A stretch of DNA of 46,364 nt from Candidatus Asgardarchaeum abyssi (GTDB taxonomy: Archaea > Asgardarchaeota > Asgardarchaeia > Asgardarchaeales > Asgardarchaeaceae), in NCBI GenBank assembly GCA_040225955.1, contig JBECUL010000013.1, positions 1 to 46,364 of the forward strand, in the 5' to 3' direction. Both the position numbers and the translations under genes were made by a program. Under the pieces are notes generated by a model that saw nothing but the letters and a program-made list of their open reading frames with translations, was not told the origin of the DNA and did not search any database. Shown here one piece after another: positions 28,456 to 37,625 of this stretch. The stretch's first letter is position 1, and each line of letters begins with the position of its first letter.

Positions 28456-28577
28456 AGATATCCTCCAATTAGCTACTATAATTTTTCTTACTATTAATTT
28501 TAAAATTAGTTAAGAGCAAAATAAATATAGTACCACATACGACATATTTATTGAAAAATTATATAATTTCTTAGTGA

Positions 28578-29684
28578 GTGGAAATGTACTTTTTGATAAG
28601 ACCTGACGCAGAACTCGTGTGGAGAGATAAAGAGGTACGCAGAAGATTATCTAGATATTACGATATTTTAAAGAATAAGCGCATAGCTAGGTATTTGATC
28701 GCAAAGAAGACTCCCGCTGAGGAAACTGATAATTCTCTTGACATGTTATGGGATGTTCATAACGAGACTCGTAATCGCTTCCTTCAACTTCTTGAAGATA
28801 TAGACAAAAATAAAATATCTTTATCTTCACTTGAAAGTCCCAAGTTCTCGTTTCTAGATTTAAAAATAAAAATTGCAAATGAAATGCTAAAAAAGTGTAA
28901 TTTCTGCGAACGTAAATGTGGAGTAAATAGATTAGATAATGAAATTGGCGTTTGTGGCGTAGGATATTTTCCTAGAGTATCTTCCGCATTTTTACACATG
29001 GGCGAAGAGGCTCCTTTGGTACCATCAGGTACCATCTTTTTCGCAGGGTGTCCTTTTAAGTGTGTCTTTTGCCAAAATTATGATATAAGTCAATTCCCTG
29101 ATAATGGGGTAATTACTACTCCTATCGATCTTGCAAAAATTGCTGATGATTTAAAATCTCGTGGAGCGCGCAATATAAATTACGTTGGTGGAGATCCAAT
29201 TCCAAATTTACATGCAATCCTAGAATCATTAAAATTCCAAACAAAGAATGTAGCTCAACTTTGGAACAGTAATCTGTATAATTCAGTAGAATCATTAGAA
29301 TTGATATTGGATGTAATGGATATTTGGTTGCCTGATTTTAAGTATGGTAATAATAAATGTGCCCAGCGTCTTTCTAAGGTGCTTAATTACTTTGATGTTG
29401 TTTCCCGAAATCACAAAATTATTAGTGATTACGGTGGCGAAATAATAATACGTCATCTTGTACTACCGAATCATGTGGGATGTTGCACTTCCCCCATTTT
29501 AGAGTGGATAGCCAAAAATGTTCCTAATGCTTTAGTGAACGTTATGGAACAATACAGACCTATGTGGGAGGTTCATAAAAACGAAAGATATAAGGATATC
29601 AATAGAAGACCAACATCCAGTGAGATGAAAAAGGCCTATGAGTATGCTGATAGTCTTGGTATCGTATGGCGACCAGTGAGCTAG
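28578..29684 (+). CDS. pflX: radical SAM protein, PflX-like
   Basis: CNFCERKCGVNR, HMGEE, SGTIFFAGCPFKCVFCQNYDIS (CxxxCxxC), LPDFKYG, IRHLVLP, MEQYRP. Confidence 0.85.
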   Translation: MEMYFLIRPDAELVWRDKEVRRRLSRYYDILKNKRIARYLIAKKTPAEETDNSLDMLWDVHNETRNRFLQLLEDIDKNKISLSSLESPKFSFLDLKIKIANEMLKKCNFCERKCGVNRLDNEIGVCGVGYFPRVSSAFLHMGEEAPLVPSGTIFFAGCPFKCVFCQNYDISQFPDNGVITTPIDLAKIADDLKSRGARNINYVGGDPIPNLHAILESLKFQTKNVAQLWNSNLYNSVESLELILDVMDIWLPDFKYGNNKCAQRLSKVLNYFDVVSRNHKIISDYGGEIIIRHLVLPNHVGCCTSPILEWIAKNVPNALVNVMEQYRPMWEVHKNERYKDINRRPTSSEMKKAYEYADSLGIVWRPVS

Positions 29685-29698
29685 TTGAAGGGATATAT

Positions 29699-30568
29699 AT
29701 GAGCAAATTACTGAAACAAGAACTTAACAATCGAATTGCCAAAATACTTGGTGTTAAAACATTCAAAGAAAACGTAAAAACATTCTATCATTATAAAATC
29801 ATAGGAGATATTGCAATTTTGAAAGTTAGTGAAGACCTTTATCAATATCGGAAACAAATTGCCAAGGCGATCCTTGATATCTTTAAAGGTAAAATTCGAA
29901 GTGTCATTTATTTAGAAGGAATAGAAGGAGAAAAGCGACAACCAAAAGCAGAAGCACTTGTTGGCGATAAAAATACGGAAACTATATATCGTGAGTACGG
30001 ATACATGTTTAAATTTGACGTCCTAAAATTAATGCTATCATTGGGGAATAGCCAAGAAAGAAAACGTATGGCTACAATATCAAATCATAATGAAGTTATT
30101 TTAGATATGTTCGCTGGGATAGGTCAGTTTACAATTCCTATTGCTGTTCATTCGAAACCAAAACGAATATTCTCAATTGATATAAATCCCGATGCATACT
30201 ATTATCTTATTGAAAACATATTTCTAAATAAAGTTGACAATATAGTGTTCCCCATTTTAGGAGATTCCAATATCGTAGTTCCGCGTCTGTTTAAAGAAAA
30301 TATGTTTGACAGAATAATTATGGGATATTTTAAAGGCACGTCAAATTTTCTTCCAGTTGCGTTAAAAGTTGTAAAGAATAATGGCATAATACATTTTCAC
30401 GATATTTTTCCTAAAAATGATCCAATTCGTATAGCAAAGGAGAAAGTTTTTGAAGTTATTAAGGGATATAATATGACACCTATATTTGAATATGCCAGGG
30501 TTGTGAAATCATACTCGCCTAAATTTGATCATGTTGTGTTGGATATTAAAGTTAAGAAAAATAATTAA
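29699..30568 (+). CDS. taw2: Trm5/Taw2-family SAM-dependent tRNA modification enzyme, most like Taw2 (wyosine pathway)
   Basis: IIGDIA, EYG..FKFD...M.S.GN..ER.RM, LDMFAGIG.F, DINP, DRIIMGY, VKSYSP; the ORF track start 29666 is probably too early. Confidence 0.75.
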   Translation: MSKLLKQELNNRIAKILGVKTFKENVKTFYHYKIIGDIAILKVSEDLYQYRKQIAKAILDIFKGKIRSVIYLEGIEGEKRQPKAEALVGDKNTETIYREYGYMFKFDVLKLMLSLGNSQERKRMATISNHNEVILDMFAGIGQFTIPIAVHSKPKRIFSIDINPDAYYYLIENIFLNKVDNIVFPILGDSNIVVPRLFKENMFDRIIMGYFKGTSNFLPVALKVVKNNGIIHFHDIFPKNDPIRIAKEKVFEVIKGYNMTPIFEYARVVKSYSPKFDHVVLDIKVKKNN

Positions 30569-30602
30569 TCATAAATCTATTGAATTATATCAGGTGATCA
30601 AA

Positions 30603-31340
30603 ATGCCTTATAATAATGAAAGTTATACAGAAGGAACACCTTGGCTTGAAGAGCTTCATGAAGAGCAAATTGAAAAAGTCTCTCCATTGTATGTAGGGGC
30701 CGCAGGGTTAGTTGCCTACTTTACTTCGATTTTCATAGCACAGCTTATTATATCTGATTGGCAGTATAGTCAGCAAGTTGCAATGCTCATTGCAGAAGCC
30801 CTTCTTGGTCTTATACCATTATATCTCGTATATCAGAGATATAAGAGATCTATAAAAATAAAAGAATTCATGAGATTAACTTTCTCAAAGAAAGCTGGGG
30901 CAATTGGTGTGATATTTGGAGTTGCTCTTTTCTTTCTTGGGATTTATTTAACATATCTCTTGTTTGAGCTTCTAGGCCCGAGTCCTATAGTTGAAGAAGT
31001 AAATGAAAGTATGACACAGTTAATATTAAGCTCACCAACGAGTGCAATACTAATAGCTATCGCTCTTGGTAGTGCAGGAGTATGGGAAGAGATATTATTT
31101 AGAGGATTATTTCTTAGGGCTTTAGAAGAAAAATATAATTTTAGAGTGGCACAAGTGGTATCAGCAGCATTTTTTGGTCTAGCTCATTTTGATCCAACTG
31201 GCGTATACACAATTATAACATTTATTTACGGAATTATAATAGCTGAAGTTTACCGAAAGTGGAAAACATTAATAGCACCAATTTTTACTCATGTAACTTT
31301 GAATTTAACTGGATTTATAATAATTTTACTATTTGGATGA
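30603..31340 (+). CDS. CPBP/Abi (CAAX protease-like) intramembrane metalloprotease
   Basis: EEILFRG, FGLAH, HVTLN motifs with multiple TMs; AGGTGA RBS before ATG 30603. Confidence 0.88.
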   Translation: MPYNNESYTEGTPWLEELHEEQIEKVSPLYVGAAGLVAYFTSIFIAQLIISDWQYSQQVAMLIAEALLGLIPLYLVYQRYKRSIKIKEFMRLTFSKKAGAIGVIFGVALFFLGIYLTYLLFELLGPSPIVEEVNESMTQLILSSPTSAILIAIALGSAGVWEEILFRGLFLRALEEKYNFRVAQVVSAAFFGLAHFDPTGVYTIITFIYGIIIAEVYRKWKTLIAPIFTHVTLNLTGFIIILLFG

Positions 31341-31351
31341 GGGGATTTTTC

Positions 31352-32275
31352 TTGAATGAGGAAATAGAAAAGATATTAAAAGCTGGGAAAATAGCAAAAG
31401 ATGTCATGGAGTATGGTTTGTCCTTAATGAGACCCGGGGTATTATTATATGAAATTTGTACAAAGATTGAAAAGCGGATAATAAATAATGGTGGGATGCC
31501 AGCGTTTCCAGTAAACATATCTATAAATAACGTTGCGGCTCATTATACATCTCCAATAGGTGATAATAAAAGACTTGCAAAGGGCATGTTAGTTAAATTA
31601 GATATTGGTGTTCACGTTGATGGATATATCGCTGATACAGCACGTTCCATAGTAGTTGGTGGCAAAATGTCCGAAGAACAAGAAAGGCTTATTCGTGCAT
31701 CTGAAAAAGCTTTACTTGCTGCTGAGAAGAAAATACGTGCTGGTGTGCGAATTTCAAACATAGGTCGTGTGATAGAGGAGGCTATTAAATCAGAAGGTTT
31801 TATTCCTGTCTATGATCTATCGGGTCATACGATACAAAGGTACAAAATACATGGTGGACTATCAATACCCAATCATGGTACACCTTCTTTGTTGTCTCCA
31901 AAGCTAAAAGAAGGCATGCTTATTGCTATAGAGCCATTTGCTACAACTGGTAAATCTGGAAGAATAAGAGAAAATAGTCATGCCTATATTTTTAGCATTC
32001 GCACGACTAATTATAATGGCCCAGATAAAGAATTAGTCCAAGAATTATATAATAGATTTAAAACACTACCGTTTGCTAGTAGATGGATAACCTGGCTGAA
32101 AAAACGTGTTGTTGAGTCAAAATTGAATTTTCTCTCAAAAAGTGGTGTTCTTCATAGATATCCTGTCCTGATCGATGTAGACAATGGAATTGTTTCCCAA
32201 GCAGAGAACACATATATAGTTACGCGCGACGGTTTCATAAAAGTAACAAATGAGGACTATGTGGTATTAAGATAA
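31352..32275 (+). CDS. map: type II methionine aminopeptidase
   Basis: AFPVNISINNVAAHYT, KLDIGVHVDGYIADTA, LSGH, AIEPFAT, SQAENT; TTG start after GAGGGG. Confidence 0.93.
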   Translation: MNEEIEKILKAGKIAKDVMEYGLSLMRPGVLLYEICTKIEKRIINNGGMPAFPVNISINNVAAHYTSPIGDNKRLAKGMLVKLDIGVHVDGYIADTARSIVVGGKMSEEQERLIRASEKALLAAEKKIRAGVRISNIGRVIEEAIKSEGFIPVYDLSGHTIQRYKIHGGLSIPNHGTPSLLSPKLKEGMLIAIEPFATTGKSGRIRENSHAYIFSIRTTNYNGPDKELVQELYNRFKTLPFASRWITWLKKRVVESKLNFLSKSGVLHRYPVLIDVDNGIVSQAENTYIVTRDGFIKVTNEDYVVLR

Positions 32276-32347
32276 CCTCCTATAGAAAGTAATAAATAAC
32301 TCGACAAATAAAAGATATTTTAGAATAGAGCATTTGGGGTTGAAATA

Positions 32348-32656
32348 ATGGAAAATAAACCATGGAGAGTTATAACAGTTGATGTAGAGCCAAGACAAAA
32401 GGCCTTTAGAATAGGAATATCTCCTGATACGAAAATTGGTGATGTCATAAAAACATTAGTTGAAAAATGTCGTGAGGAGAATATAGACATTGATAAGTGG
32501 GCAAAAACAAAAGTAGGCGAGCAACATCCAGAGTTCGTAATAATTAGAAAGGCAACATCTGAAATTCTTCCTCCGGCTTTAACATTCGAGGAGCTTCAAC
32601 CACCAATTGAAGAAGATGAGGAATTTCTTATAGATGTTCGCGCAATTGTGGGATAA
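32348..32656 (+). CDS. ubiquitin-like (beta-grasp) protein ending in exposed -VG
   Basis: b1 RVITVDV, b2 AFRIGI, PDTKIGDVIKTL (cf. Ub PSDTIENVKAKI), b3 FVIIRK, ILPPALTFEEL (cf. QLEDGRTLSDY), IEEDEEFLIDVRAIVG* (cf. IQKESTLHLVLRLRGG). Confidence 0.75.
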   Translation: MENKPWRVITVDVEPRQKAFRIGISPDTKIGDVIKTLVEKCREENIDIDKWAKTKVGEQHPEFVIIRKATSEILPPALTFEELQPPIEEDEEFLIDVRAIVG

Positions 32657-32658
32657 TA

Positions 32659-33324
32659 ATGCAATATCTTCCTCCATTACTAATGAATAAGCGGATTAAT
32701 GTTCAAATTAATTTATTTTTTAGTAGAATGGCATCCTTTTATAAATCACGTAGATGGGTTTGGGAAAATCCTAAGATTTCTAAAGATTATTGGGTAAATA
32801 AAGACTATGAATTACGTGTGATTAAGAGGTATAATGATGGGGCGTATAATGTTCTAAAATATATCATAAACAACCTTCCGAGCTATTCGAAAAAACCAAG
32901 TAAAGTTGAAGATTTATCAGCGATATCATATATGCATAAAATATTAATCTATATACCAAGAGAGTATCCTGCATCTTTAGTTAATATACGATTCAAAGTA
33001 GAAACTCCTCTTTTTCATCCAAGAGTATCTCCTTTTGGCTCATTAAGAAATATATGCTATGTTGTTATGGGCGAAATTGATAGAGTTTTGGAGGATTTAA
33101 TTTTCTTTTTACTTCTTAAACCAGATAGAGTTAGACCTCCAGCTTTATATCCGAAAGAAGATTATGGCCTGAATCGCGAAGCAATGTTATGGTACCAAAG
33201 AAATTATAAGAAAGTAGTAAACTTTCTTGAGACTTTATGGGACAAAAGACATGAAAAAGAACCTCTAAGTGTTGAAAAAATAAGGGAGAAGAAGAGAGAG
33301 GGAGGTATTGTGTTTATTGAATGA
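32659..33324 (+). CDS. E2/UBC-fold ubiquitin-conjugating-like enzyme
   Basis: HKILIYIPREYP...IRF..ETPLFHPRV...NIC (HPN variant at 33016; Cys at 33055)...LNREAMLWY; TAATAATG junction with the Ubl gene. Confidence 0.8.
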   Translation: MQYLPPLLMNKRINVQINLFFSRMASFYKSRRWVWENPKISKDYWVNKDYELRVIKRYNDGAYNVLKYIINNLPSYSKKPSKVEDLSAISYMHKILIYIPREYPASLVNIRFKVETPLFHPRVSPFGSLRNICYVVMGEIDRVLEDLIFFLLLKPDRVRPPALYPKEDYGLNREAMLWYQRNYKKVVNFLETLWDKRHEKEPLSVEKIREKKREGGIVFIE

Positions 33325-33520
33325 TAAATTAGAGGATCATTTCAGCGAAGAGGAGCAAGAAATAGGAGAAAAACGTAAGGTTGTGATAATTGATGAAATT
33401 AATTTGCCAATTATTGAAAAGCCTCCACCCAATTTTTTCCCCTCAAAGTATAAGATAAAAATACATAAAGCTTCTAACTACAAAAAATATATTTTAAGTA
33501 GTACTAAAGAGGGGCCATAA
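33308..33520 (+). CDS. small hypothetical protein (possible adaptor or truncated JAB/MPN N-terminus)
   Basis: Fills the gap exactly, overlapping the E2 stop and the next ATG (TAATG); GGAGGT RBS at 33301 suggests TTG 33317 start. Confidence 0.5.
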   Translation: MCLLNDKLEDHFSEEEQEIGEKRKVVIIDEINLPIIEKPPPNFFPSKYKIKIHKASNYKKYILSSTKEGP

Positions 33521-34698
33521 TGAGTTTATTTAGTTTCTTCGTTCAAAAAAATAAAGGAAATATATTAAGGAAAAATAAAACCTATACTCAAGATGAAACC
33601 ATAATTCTAACACTTGACATCTCTAAACTACCTGTTGGTACATATATATTAAAAATCATGGATCCCTATAACAGAACAATATACCAACAAAAAATCAGTA
33701 GGGAAAGTAATCGTATTGTTGGGAAGTATATTCTCTCAATACCCCTTTCGGAAAGTTATCCAGATGGCATATACTCTGTTTATGTAATAAATATTGCTTC
33801 TGGATCTACTTTTAAGGAAACTTTTATTGTAAAAAACCCATATTTTTCAAAACGTGAAATAGTTCTTTTTAACTATTTTAGAATAATTAATTATAATGGG
33901 CAAGAAATATTCGATGTTTATGCTAGAATAGTTAAGCCTCCCCATATCCCTACGGTTCAAGAGATAAATTCTATAACGCCTCTTAATTTCACTCCACTAA
34001 GAGAAGAAACCGACTTAGACGGAAATGAATGGCTAGTTGCTAATTTTGAGAAAATTGATGAGAACAAGTCTATAGATATAGGATATAAATCGAAAATTAC
34101 TCTTCTAAGGAGGTCCTATATTCCAGCAAAGCTTTCACCCTCAGATTATAAAAAATACACCAATAGTGAACCATATATTGAATCAGATGACCCAAGAATT
34201 ATTAGGATAAGCGAATCTCTATACCATCGCAATTTTTATCAATTTATTAAAAACATTCAAAAATGGTTACATAAGAATATCTCCTATAGGGAGATGCCTA
34301 GTGAAAATGGAGCTCTTTTTGCTTTAAAAAATAAAATAGGTGACTGTACAGAGTTTTCTTCTCTTTTTGTTGCAATCTGTAGAGCTGCAAACATACCATC
34401 AAGATTAGTTGCAGGTATTGCAAAAGGGAAAAAATGGGAAAATCATGCCTGGGCAGAGTGTTATTATGACGGTAAGTGGATAGCTGTTGAACCCACATGG
34501 AAAGAATATGTAGGTCTTTTTGGTTATTTCACAAATAGAATCACTCTTCTTTATGGTAATTGGATGGGGGATTTCATTACGAGGGATTTTTCTATAAGAT
34601 ACCGATATCATGTTAAAAGGAATAAGGAAAGAATAAATTTTTCAAGAAATATAAAGATATTAAACTATCATTACGTACAAGAAAAAAGAAAAGTGTAA
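33520..34698 (+). CDS. transglutaminase-like cysteine enzyme with N-terminal Ig-like beta-sandwich
   Basis: GDCTEFSSLFVAICRAANIPSRLVAG, HAWAECY, WIAVEPT (Cys-His-Glu/Asp triad); no signal peptide seen. Confidence 0.88.
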   Translation: MSLFSFFVQKNKGNILRKNKTYTQDETIILTLDISKLPVGTYILKIMDPYNRTIYQQKISRESNRIVGKYILSIPLSESYPDGIYSVYVINIASGSTFKETFIVKNPYFSKREIVLFNYFRIINYNGQEIFDVYARIVKPPHIPTVQEINSITPLNFTPLREETDLDGNEWLVANFEKIDENKSIDIGYKSKITLLRRSYIPAKLSPSDYKKYTNSEPYIESDDPRIIRISESLYHRNFYQFIKNIQKWLHKNISYREMPSENGALFALKNKIGDCTEFSSLFVAICRAANIPSRLVAGIAKGKKWENHAWAECYYDGKWIAVEPTWKEYVGLFGYFTNRITLLYGNWMGDFITRDFSIRYRYHVKRNKERINFSRNIKILNYHYVQEKRKV

Positions 34699-35310
34699 TT
34701 ATTCTTCTTCTCCAAGCTCTCTCAGCAATCGCAAAAGCACAAGTTCTGAAATCTTTTTAAAACCTTCTATAATCCCAATACCCCTGGGAGCTACTGTTTC
34801 AAAAAAGGCGTCTGCATGGTCAAATATCTTTTTTATGAGATAAACTGGTGCCGCATTAGGCAGATCACGTTTATTGATGAAAACAACCATTGGTAGATCT
34901 TTTCCTATTTCTTTTCCTAGAATTTTTTTGGTAAGTTTCTTAAGTTCTTTATAGCTTTCTAAGTTATCTTTAATTCTTGTCATCTGAGAATCTGCTACAA
35001 AAATAAAACCATCCGCATATTTCACTTGCTCTAACACTATAGCACGTCTATCAGAATACTGTTCTTGACCGGGAACAGTATAACAATGAAATAAAACTTG
35101 GACTTTGCTTTTTTCATCCTCAGGTAAGATTACGAATGGAACAAAATCGAACATCATTGTAGAACCTTTTTCGTCCTCTATCTTAATTAGCTCACCTTTT
35201 TTAAGAAACGGTACATTATTATATATGTATTCTAATGCTGTAGTTTTTCCGGCCTCTGAAGGTCCCCAAAATATAAAGAATATATGAATCTCACTATCTT
35301 CTTTCTTCAT
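34699..35310 (-). CDS. MglA-family small GTPase
   Basis: WGPSEAGKTT, STMMFDF, YTVPGQ, DGFIFVADS, NKRDLPNA, ETVA. Confidence 0.88.
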   Translation of the reverse strand: MKKEDSEIHIFFIFWGPSEAGKTTALEYIYNNVPFLKKGELIKIEDEKGSTMMFDFVPFVILPEDEKSKVQVLFHCYTVPGQEQYSDRRAIVLEQVKYADGFIFVADSQMTRIKDNLESYKELKKLTKKILGKEIGKDLPMVVFINKRDLPNAAPVYLIKKIFDHADAFFETVAPRGIGIIEGFKKISELVLLRLLRELGEEE

Positions 35311-35322
35311 TTAGCTCCCTCA

Positions 35323-35730
35323 CTAAAGGGAATTAAAAATACTTGGTGGTATCCCTAATTTTACTAAATGTTTCGAGACATTGTCATATAGTCCTTTGTT
35401 AATCATTTCAAGCAAATCTACTGGGATTCCCAGTTGTACAAGTTTTGATTTTAAGGCCCCGCTCTTTGGTATCAGTTGTTGCGCTCTTTTCATAGTTTCT
35501 ACCATTACGGTATTAAAGAATGCGTTATCTATGAATCCTTGTTTATATAGCATAGTGCAATCATTTGCCATGCATCGAAGTCTTTCGGTTGCCTTATTTA
35601 GTCTAATATACTCTATAAGAGCACTATTTCTCATTTCCAATTCTTCTCGTGTTAAATTCATTTTTATCTTTATTCTTGATTCTTGAAATAAGCCTCTAAA
35701 AAGGCTTCTTAACAAACCCATATTAATCAC
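35323..35730 (-). CDS. hypothetical helical protein co-transcribed with the MglA-like GTPase
   Basis: GGTGA RBS before ATG 35721 (MGLLRSLFRG...); 12 bp from the GTPase start. Confidence 0.65.
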   Translation of the reverse strand: MINMGLLRSLFRGLFQESRIKIKMNLTREELEMRNSALIEYIRLNKATERLRCMANDCTMLYKQGFIDNAFFNTVMVETMKRAQQLIPKSGALKSKLVQLGIPVDLLEMINKGLYDNVSKHLVKLGIPPSIFNSL

Positions 35731-35946
35731 CGATTAATCTCGGTCAAAAACATAATATGACTTATTTTATGGAAAACGTACTCCCTATCCATAGATAATA
35801 CTATATAACTATACCGTTAGTAGATTTTATTAAATTTTGTCATTTTTCTTTCTTGTTCCAGAAAACCGAAATAAAAACAATAAATAATCTTATAAACCAA
35901 ATAAGTAGATAGTTAATAAACCTAAAAAGAAAAATAAAAAGCAGAT

Positions 35947-35962
35947 ATTAGGTGAATCTAAT
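35947..35962. promoter_or_regulatory. candidate autoregulatory DtxR/MntR operator ATTAGGTGAATCTAAT overlapping the RBS
   Basis: Imperfect palindrome resembling TTAGGTTAACCTAA-type boxes; related site GTTAATAAACCTAA at 35912-35925; partly confounded by the AGGTGA RBS. Confidence 0.35.
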
Positions 35963-36636
35963 TGGGTCGAAAAAGTTCTGGAGAAACTATGCAGAACTAT
36001 CTTAAGGTTATCTTCTCTTTGACAATTGAAATGGGGCGCGATTATGCTAAGACTAGTGATATTGCTCGAATATTAGGTGTGGCCCCATCCTCCGTTACTG
36101 AAATGCTTAGAAAACTTGCTCAAAAAGGATTAGTTGATTATACGCAAAGAAAAGGAGTAAGACTCAATGATAGCTCCATGGAATTGGCAATAAGCCTTAT
36201 TAGAAGATATAGGCTTGCAGAGTTATTACTTTTTAAAATAATTGGTCTTGACTTGACAAGTGCTACTGAAATTGCATGCAAGTTAGAGCATATAATGACA
36301 GATAAAATGGAAGAAAAGACTATAGAGCTACTTAATAATCCTGAAAAGTGTCCTCATGGAAATTATATTCCATATGGTTTTAAAGATGTTGGGAAAATTA
36401 TAAAGCGTGGAAATCTTCTTTCAGAGGTTGAAGAGAAGGGTCATTTTCGTGTTATAAAAGTTTTTGATATAAATCCAAATCTTCTCAGAATAGTTACCAG
36501 ATTGAATATTCTTCCAGGTACTATTATTAATGTGATAGATATATTCCCTGAGAGGAATCTATTAATCGAGATAAATGGAAATGAACACGTTATTTCTCCA
36601 CAAATTGCTGCGACTATAGTGGTGGAAAGAATATGA
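35962..36636 (+). CDS. DtxR/MntR family metal-dependent transcriptional regulator with C-terminal FeoA/SH3 domain
   Basis: NYLKVI, TSDIARILGVAPSSVTEML.KL, RRYRLAE, ACKLEH, PEKCPHGN.IP, LNILPG. Confidence 0.92.
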   Translation: MGRKSSGETMQNYLKVIFSLTIEMGRDYAKTSDIARILGVAPSSVTEMLRKLAQKGLVDYTQRKGVRLNDSSMELAISLIRRYRLAELLLFKIIGLDLTSATEIACKLEHIMTDKMEEKTIELLNNPEKCPHGNYIPYGFKDVGKIIKRGNLLSEVEEKGHFRVIKVFDINPNLLRIVTRLNILPGTIINVIDIFPERNLLIEINGNEHVISPQIAATIVVERI

Positions 36637-37625
36637 GTCAAGAATCGAAATGGGATTATGATAAAACTAGAAAATCATTATTAAAAAAACCAGTTAGGGA
36701 TATTAATCTTTCATCAGTCATAACACTTTATGATTTATACCTTCAACTAAAAAACACGGGTGGATTCACAGCAACAAAAGTAGCTGAAGCTATTGACATT
36801 CTTTCGGAAATGATTATGAAGAAAGATGTTACAAGATTTTTATCATTTCCTGCTTGTATAATTGCAACAGGAACTAGAGGGGTAATTAAAGAACTGATAA
36901 AAAGAAAAATGTTTGACGTTGTAATAACAACAACTGGAACTTTAGATCATGATTTGGCTAGGATTTGGCAAAAATACTTTCATGGATCTTTTATGATGGA
37001 TGATATTATGCTTCGGAAGTTGGAAATTAATAGGCTTGGAAATGTTCTTGTGCCTAATGAAAGTTATGGAATTATTTTAGAAAAGAAGCTCCAGCCTATA
37101 CTTTCAAATATATATGAAAGTGGATTGCGTGAATTGTCAACGTATGAATTAATATGGGAAATTGGAAAGAGAATAGATAACGAGGAATCAATAATATACT
37201 GGGCTACAAAAAATAAAATCCCCATAATTGTTCCAGGAATTACTGATGGAGCAGTTGGGTATCAGATATGGTTGTTCTATCAAACACATAAAGATTTCAA
37301 AATTAATATTTTAAAAGATGAAGATTTATTAAATGATATCATTTGGGAATCGAAAAGCACGGGGGCTCTTATAATAGGTGGTGGAATATCCAAACATCAT
37401 GCAATTTGGTGGAACCAATTCAAAGAAGGTTTGAAATATGCCGTCTACATAACAACTGCTCCAGAATGGGATGGCAGTCTCTCAGGGGCTAGAACGCGAG
37501 AGGCAATCTCTTGGGGGAAACTTAGTGAAAGTGCTAAACATGTAACAGTTGAAGGAGATGCTACAATCTTACTTCCCATTATCATTAGTGCTCTATTAAG
37601 CAAAATGGAGATGAATAAATCATGA
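36633..37625 (+). CDS. dys: deoxyhypusine synthase
   Basis: GGFTA, SFPACIIATGTRG, TTTGTLDHD, INRLGNV, GITDGAVG, GGGISKH, DGSLSGA...EAISWGK, EGDAT. Confidence 0.95.
   Translation: MSQESKWDYDKTRKSLLKKPVRDINLSSVITLYDLYLQLKNTGGFTATKVAEAIDILSEMIMKKDVTRFLSFPACIIATGTRGVIKELIKRKMFDVVITTTGTLDHDLARIWQKYFHGSFMMDDIMLRKLEINRLGNVLVPNESYGIILEKKLQPILSNIYESGLRELSTYELIWEIGKRIDNEESIIYWATKNKIPIIVPGITDGAVGYQIWLFYQTHKDFKINILKDEDLLNDIIWESKSTGALIIGGGISKHHAIWWNQFKEGLKYAVYITTAPEWDGSLSGARTREAISWGKLSESAKHVTVEGDATILLPIIISALLSKMEMNKS

Noticed and set aside
28526-28536. TATAGTACCAC also present in the IS end (84-94)
   Set aside because: An 11-bp AT-rich match without flanking similarity is plausible by chance.
30603-32275. 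CPBP protease and MetAP as part of the Ubl system
   Set aside because: Common housekeeping genes separated from the Ubl by a 72-bp AT-rich gap that could hold its own promoter; no evidence of a functional link.
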